Source: Polyangiaceae bacterium
GTDB taxonomy: Bacteria > Myxococcota_A > Polyangia > Polyangiales > Polyangiaceae
Direction: 5' to 3'
DNA: 64,000 nucleotides
Assembly: GCA_044376115.1 (NCBI GenBank)
Contig: JBILLK010000018.1
Location: forward strand, 32,001-96,000
Shown: in pieces, positions 58,935 to 64,000 of the stretch
How the letters are laid out: the number at the start of each line of letters is the position of its first letter
Position numbering within the stretch: the stretch's first letter is position 1
Translations under genes and position numbers: made by a program
Notes under the pieces: generated by a model
What the model was told of the DNA's origin: nothing
What the model saw: the letters and a program-made list of their open reading frames with translations, nothing else
Database searches by the model: none

Positions 58935-59645
58935 GTGACATTCGATCTTTCACACATCTGGGCGTCGATGAGCTTCGCCAACAAGGCGATCACCATCTTC
59001 ATCGCGATGATGGGCCTCTTGTGCGCGGCGGTCACCTTCGAGCGCATCGTGGCGCTGTCTAAGAGCGCGCGTGTATCGCGGGAGTTCGCCGAGAAGGTTC
59101 ACCCCCTCTTATCTAATTGGGACAGCGCCAAGATTATCGAGCTCGCGCGCGAGCATCAGGCATCCTCGCTCGCCCGGCTGTTTGAGGCGCTGGTACTCAA
59201 ATACGACGATGTAGCCGGTCGCTCCGGCGGCGGGATGCACCCCATCGATATGGTGCGCAATGAATCGGGTCGGAAACTGGAGGTACTCGCTGCAGACCTC
59301 AAACGAGGCATGCCCATCCTCGCGACCATTGGGTCGATTACGCCCTTCGTCGGCTTGCTCGGAACTGTCATCGGTATCATTGCAGCGTTTCAAGCGATTG
59401 GAGCCGCGGGCGCAGGCGGTATCGGAACCGTATCTGCTGGTATCGCCGAGGCCTTGATCGAGACCGCCTTCGGCTTGGCAGTGGCCATCCCCGCCGTTAT
59501 CGCCTTCAACTACCTCACCTCGCGCATCGCCACGGTGGAGGCAGCCTTGAGCCGCTCCGCCGGTCAGCTCATCGACGAAATGGAGTACCGCCATGTTCCG
59601 ACGCAAGAACGCATCAGCGACGTACAAGCCCGCGCCGCCGCTTGA
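58935..59645 (+). CDS. exbB: MotA/TolQ/ExbB proton channel
   Basis: LATIGSITPFVGLLGTVIGI, GIAEALIETAFGLAVAIPA; AGGAGG SD. Confidence 0.93.
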   Translation: MTFDLSHIWASMSFANKAITIFIAMMGLLCAAVTFERIVALSKSARVSREFAEKVHPLLSNWDSAKIIELAREHQASSLARLFEALVLKYDDVAGRSGGGMHPIDMVRNESGRKLEVLAADLKRGMPILATIGSITPFVGLLGTVIGIIAAFQAIGAAGAGGIGTVSAGIAEALIETAFGLAVAIPAVIAFNYLTSRIATVEAALSRSAGQLIDEMEYRHVPTQERISDVQARAAA

Positions 59646-60030
59646 GCCGGAAATCAACGTCACCCCGCTGGTGGACGTGGTGCTCGTACTGTTGATTATC
59701 TTCATGGTCATTGCGCCCAATCTGCAGGAGGGCACACCGGTGTTGCTGCCCGAGGTGCAAGCGACCGACGACAAGGCCAAAACCGAGGGGACGGAGGTCG
59801 TGCTCGCAGCCGACGGAACCCTCTATCTGGACGATACGGCGCTAGAGCGCGATCAACTCATGGCCGCTCTCCAAGTCTTACTAAAGGAGCAACCTGACAA
59901 GCCCCTCGTCGTCAAAGCCGATGCGACCCTGCCCTACGGCGATGTGCGGAACGTCTTCGCCTCGGTTCAGCGGCTTGGGTTTCGCAACGTTAGTATGAAA
60001 GTAGCAGCTCGTAAGCCGGAGGCGACCTGA
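59593..60030 (+). CDS. exbD: ExbD/TolR family protein
   Basis: EINVTPLVDVVLVLLIIFMV, VKAD...YG; GGAG SD inside the exbB 3' end. Confidence 0.9.
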   Translation: MFRRKNASATYKPAPPLEPEINVTPLVDVVLVLLIIFMVIAPNLQEGTPVLLPEVQATDDKAKTEGTEVVLAADGTLYLDDTALERDQLMAALQVLLKEQPDKPLVVKADATLPYGDVRNVFASVQRLGFRNVSMKVAARKPEAT

Positions 60031-60033
60031 ACC

Positions 60034-60459
60034 ATGGGAATGGCGGCCCCCTCTCCCAAAGGCTCAGGACCCAAGCCTGGTATCAACATTACGCCGTTGG
60101 TCGATGTGGCCTTGGTGGTGCTGATCATCTTTATGGTGGTCGCGCCGATGTTGACCAAGACCTTCACGTTATCTCTCCCGCCAGAAAGCTCAGACGCCCC
60201 GCCTCCAAAGCAGAAACAAGAACCGCTGGTCATGACGATCGACCAGAACGGCGCGATCCGACTCGGCAACCGCTCGGTGGCTCGTGAAGAGCTAAGCGAG
60301 GTGTTGCCGCAGATTCTCGCCGCGACAGGCGTCAAGGTATTGAACGTTGCTGCAGATGATCGCGTGGCCTACGGCGAAGTAATCGAGATACTGGATCTGT
60401 CGCGCGCCGCCGGGGCCAAGTCAATCGCGGTCATCACCAAGAAACTCGACAAACCCTAA
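60034..60459 (+). CDS. exbD: ExbD/TolR family protein (second copy)
   Basis: INITPLVDVALVVLIIFMV, AAD...YGEVI. Confidence 0.9.
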   Translation: MGMAAPSPKGSGPKPGINITPLVDVALVVLIIFMVVAPMLTKTFTLSLPPESSDAPPPKQKQEPLVMTIDQNGAIRLGNRSVAREELSEVLPQILAATGVKVLNVAADDRVAYGEVIEILDLSRAAGAKSIAVITKKLDKP

Positions 60460-60467
60460 GGACGCCC

Positions 60468-63425
60468 ATGTTGCGCCATCCCATCGCGATGTTCGCTGTC
60501 GGACTCGCGGGTCTTCCTGCGCTCGCTTTCGCCCAAGAACCAAGCCCGCCGGAGGTGGTCTCCGAGGAAACAGAGGTACCTGCAGAAGAGGTACCTGCAG
60601 AAGAGGTGCCTGCAGAGGAGGAAGCTCCGTCGCTGAATCTCAACGCGCCGCCGGCCAAAGGCAAAGGAGCGATCGTCGGCGTCGTTACCCAGTCCGAAGA
60701 TGGCGAGCCCGCGATGGATACCTTCGTTGGGATCGTTGGCACGCAAACGGCAGTGCTAACCGACATTGATGGTAGCTATCGCCTAGAGCTACCGCCTGGC
60801 ACTTATACCGTGCAGTTCGTAGCGGAGCTGCGCAAGCCACTGCGAACTGCGAAGCTGACCGTGCAAAAGGGTCGGCTCACGCGGATGGACGCCGTCGTCG
60901 TGCTCGAGCAGGCGGAGGCAGAGCCCGCCGTCGAGACGGTGGTGGAGGTGGAGTCAGCGTCAGTCCAGAGCCTGCTGCTGGAGCGGCAGCGCGGTATCGC
61001 CAGCGGAGATTCAGTCGGGCGCGCCGAGATCACGAAGGCCAATGACCGAACCGCCGCCGAGGCCGCCAAACGCGTGGTTGGCGCCAACATCGAGGGCTCG
61101 CGCTTCCTATTCGTACGCGGTCTCGGTGAGCGCTACACCAACGCCCTGCTCGACGGCTTCCCCTTACCCAGCCCCGAGCCAGACCGACAGGCGGTGCCTC
61201 TCGACCTATTTCCCTCGCAGATCCTCGATAGCCTTACCGTAGTAAAGACCTTCAGCCCGGATGTACCGGGAGACTTTGCCGGCGGCTCAGTGCGTATTGC
61301 CACGCGCCGTATACCTAACAAACTAACCCTAGCCGGAAGCGTTTCTGTGGGCTTCAACACAGAAGCTACCTTCTCCAACGCCTTGACCCACGCTGGCGGG
61401 GGGCTCGACTTCTTGGGCATCGATGACGGAACTCGCGCCCTGCCGACGGACATACCGAGCACTAAAGTCGTCCGCGGCGTCGAGCAAGAGGACGGGACGA
61501 TCATCACCAGGGACGAGATCGCAGCCTTTGGCCGCGAGATGAATACACCGCTCTCTGCGCGCCGCTCGCTTGGCGCGCCGAACTTGTCCGTCAATGCAGT
61601 AGCCGCGGACTCCTTCAGCTTGGGCGACTGGGGGAAGCTCGGAATCATGGGGGCCCTGGTCTATGACCGCAGGCTCGAGCGAGTGGTCGAGGCGAAGCTT
61701 CGCACCTATGGTCGCGCCGTCGGGGAAGAATCTGATTCGGTGCGCCTGCTTAACGACCTAGAGCTTGAGCGCGCAACCCAGCTGGTAAGTTGGGGTGGCC
61801 TGTTCGGGACGACGCTAGAGCTCGGCGAAGACCATCGGCTAGGCCTTACTGGGTTATACACGCGCGCCGCGGACATCTCTACCTCGGTACTCTCTGGCCG
61901 CCATGAGGAGCGCGCATCAAGCTTGGCGGAGGAGCGGCTGACCTTCGTTTCTCGCCAGCTGGCCTTTGGCGACATCACAGGTCACCATCGCTTCAAAGAG
62001 GCCAATGGGCTGGAACTCGACTATGGGCTAGGGCTTGCTCGTGCTACCCGCGAACAACCAGATACGCGTGGAGCTACCTATCAATACGATGCGACGCAAA
62101 ACGTTTTCGCCTTCGAGGACGACAGCACTAGCGGCTCTCATTTTTTCTCGGAGCAAGGAGAGACGACAGTGAGTGGGATGGTCGACATCACTGTCCCTCT
62201 GCTCAAGCGGCAAGAGGTTGCCAAGATCAAGACAGGCGCCGCTTTCAACTTGCGAGACCGTGAGTTCTTAGCCCGACGTTTTCGCTTTCGGCCGGACCGC
62301 AAAAACGGAGCCGAAGGCTTCGACTTGTGCCCCGGAGCGAGCTTTTCCCTCGACTGCCCAGACAAGCTCTTCACCGATGCCAACATTGATTCGCGCGCTT
62401 TGGAGCTCGAGGAGAATACAGGCGACAACGACGGCTATAACGCGGGACTTCAGGTCGTGTCGACCTACGTCATGCTCGACACGCGCCCGCTGCCCCATTG
62501 GCGCCTTACGCTGGGACCACGGCTCGAGGTTTCCTCGCAAGACATAACCTCGTTCGACCCGGTGGACTCCACCCAGGAAGCAAAGGAGAACGTGCTAGAA
62601 GATCTGCAGCTACTTCCGGCGGCGCTATTGACCTACACGCCTATCCCCAAAGCCAACCTCCGGCTATCCGTCACGCGAACCGTTGCTCGACCTCAGCTGC
62701 GTGAACTCGCTCCGTTTGGCTTCGTTGACTACTTCGGCGGCCGCGAGACTCGTGGCAACCCGGAGATTGTCAACACCAGCATTGTCAATGCAGACACTCG
62801 CTTTGAGTTCTTCCCAACCTCACGCGAGGTCATTGCCGTAAGTGCCTTTTACAAACAATTCGAGAACCCCATCGAGCAGGTCATCCAAGCAAGTAGCGGG
62901 ACCGCGGGCGTGGTCACGTTCGACAACGCGCCGTCTGGCAACCTGTTTGGTATTGAGCTCGAGGCGCGCAAATCTCTCGACTTCCTGAGCGAAGCACTGC
63001 GACCACTGTCGATCATCAGCAACGTTACCCTCGCCCACTCCTCAGTGCAGCTGGATGCGGAGCGAGCCATTCTACTAACAAGCAAGTCTCGCCCGTTGTC
63101 GCAGCAGGCTCCCTTCATCGTCAACGTCGCATTGGACTTCGACTACGAGCCGTGGGGCACGCGTGCGCGACTGCTCTACAACGTTGTAGGGCAGCGCTTG
63201 ACACAGGTTGGTCGCAACGGCATTCCTGATATTTACGAACTTCCGCGCCACGTGCTCGATCTCACGGTCGGACAGAAGCTAGGCCAGTTCGTCGAGCTTC
63301 GCGGCTCTGCCTCCAATCTCCTCGACTGGCCGACAGTGCGTGAGCACAAGACCGGCAATGGCGACATAACGGAGGAATTCAAGACGGGGACTACCTTCTC
63401 GCTGGGGCTTGCGCTCGCTAATTGA
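60468..63425 (+). CDS. TonB-dependent receptor with N-terminal carboxypeptidase-regulatory-like domain
   Basis: Signal peptide; TDIDGSYRL; plug VRGLGERY...VPLDLFP...DFAGG; barrel motifs TVARPQLRELAPF, GNPE. Confidence 0.93.
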   Translation: MLRHPIAMFAVGLAGLPALAFAQEPSPPEVVSEETEVPAEEVPAEEVPAEEEAPSLNLNAPPAKGKGAIVGVVTQSEDGEPAMDTFVGIVGTQTAVLTDIDGSYRLELPPGTYTVQFVAELRKPLRTAKLTVQKGRLTRMDAVVVLEQAEAEPAVETVVEVESASVQSLLLERQRGIASGDSVGRAEITKANDRTAAEAAKRVVGANIEGSRFLFVRGLGERYTNALLDGFPLPSPEPDRQAVPLDLFPSQILDSLTVVKTFSPDVPGDFAGGSVRIATRRIPNKLTLAGSVSVGFNTEATFSNALTHAGGGLDFLGIDDGTRALPTDIPSTKVVRGVEQEDGTIITRDEIAAFGREMNTPLSARRSLGAPNLSVNAVAADSFSLGDWGKLGIMGALVYDRRLERVVEAKLRTYGRAVGEESDSVRLLNDLELERATQLVSWGGLFGTTLELGEDHRLGLTGLYTRAADISTSVLSGRHEERASSLAEERLTFVSRQLAFGDITGHHRFKEANGLELDYGLGLARATREQPDTRGATYQYDATQNVFAFEDDSTSGSHFFSEQGETTVSGMVDITVPLLKRQEVAKIKTGAAFNLRDREFLARRFRFRPDRKNGAEGFDLCPGASFSLDCPDKLFTDANIDSRALELEENTGDNDGYNAGLQVVSTYVMLDTRPLPHWRLTLGPRLEVSSQDITSFDPVDSTQEAKENVLEDLQLLPAALLTYTPIPKANLRLSVTRTVARPQLRELAPFGFVDYFGGRETRGNPEIVNTSIVNADTRFEFFPTSREVIAVSAFYKQFENPIEQVIQASSGTAGVVTFDNAPSGNLFGIELEARKSLDFLSEALRPLSIISNVTLAHSSVQLDAERAILLTSKSRPLSQQAPFIVNVALDFDYEPWGTRARLLYNVVGQRLTQVGRNGIPDIYELPRHVLDLTVGQKLGQFVELRGSASNLLDWPTVREHKTGNGDITEEFKTGTTFSLGLALAN
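60573..60617 (+). repeat. 3 x 15-bp in-frame repeat (EVPAE)
   Basis: gaggtRcctgcagaR repeated three times in the receptor N-terminus. Confidence 0.8.
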
Positions 63426-63540
63426 CTAGGGTTCGTAGTCAAATCGTCACACGCGTTTTGATTGTAGGACACAATGGCCACTTAGATTGCGCCCCAGCTG
63501 AAAGCGCAGCCCACCATAGGGTTGCGCCTCTGGAGGCTCT

Positions 63541-64000
63541 ATGAACTTCAATCGATCATTCGGCATTCTTTCTAGTCTGGTACTCTTTGGTTCGACCCTA
63601 ATCGCCTGTGGCGATAGCGGGAGCGGAGCTGGCGGCTCAGGCGGCAGCGGTGGTAATCCGTCGGCTGGTGGAAGCGGTGGAACTGGCGGTGGGCCTTCCA
63701 ACGCGGAAGAGCTAAGTGGCGAGTTGAGCAGCACCACGCTGACGGCCGATACCTTGTGGACCCTCAAAGGCGTTGTATCGGTTCCGGCCGGCGAAACGCT
63801 AACCATCGAGCCCGGGACGCTGATTGTAGGCGACAAAGCCTCGCTCGGCACGCTCGTGGTTCAGCGAGGTGGCAAGATTGTCGCAGAAGGCACTAAAGAC
63901 GCACCGATTGTCTTCTCGAGCGCCCTCCCCGCTGGCGAGCGCGCGGCAGGCGACTGGGGCGGGGTGGTCGTTCTCGGCAATGCCCCAATCAACGAGCCGG
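63541..64000 (+). CDS. Gly-rich lipoprotein associated with the TonB-dependent receptor (truncated by window end)
   Basis: GGAGG SD; lipobox LIA-C; LTIEPGT...GGKIVAEGT..APIVFSS...GDWGGVVVLGNAPIN; frame open to the window end (absent from the ORF track). Confidence 0.8.
   Translation, partial: MNFNRSFGILSSLVLFGSTLIACGDSGSGAGGSGGSGGNPSAGGSGGTGGGPSNAEELSGELSSTTLTADTLWTLKGVVSVPAGETLTIEPGTLIVGDKASLGTLVVQRGGKIVAEGTKDAPIVFSSALPAGERAAGDWGGVVVLGNAPINEP

Overview
GC-rich, gene-dense chromosomal segment. The gene content points to a myxobacterium, probably Sorangiineae/Polyangiaceae-like (inference): five Hanks-type Ser/Thr kinases, a MYXO-CTERM-like protein, and many Gly/Pro/Cys-rich lipoproteins. Housekeeping genes are recN, map, topA, a LolC/E-type permease, a CCA-type tRNA nucleotidyltransferase, manA and tRNA-Thr(CGT). 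The window also has glycosyltransferases, two L,D-transpeptidases, a DUF362/polyferredoxin pair and a complete TonB-ExbB-ExbD-ExbD-receptor cluster. The standout is a ~1.75 kb stretch with no credible protein gene (37293-39059). On the minus strand it reads as a self-contained ~1,450-nt highly structured non-coding RNA gene. It has a sigma70-like promoter with DnaA boxes upstream, complementary 5' and 3' ends, dense hairpins (UUCG/GNRA loops, G-U pairs valid only on the minus strand), long-range helices and its own terminator. I cannot match it by eye to rRNA, tmRNA, RNase P or a self-splicing intron. All calls come from reading the sequence; no database searches were run.
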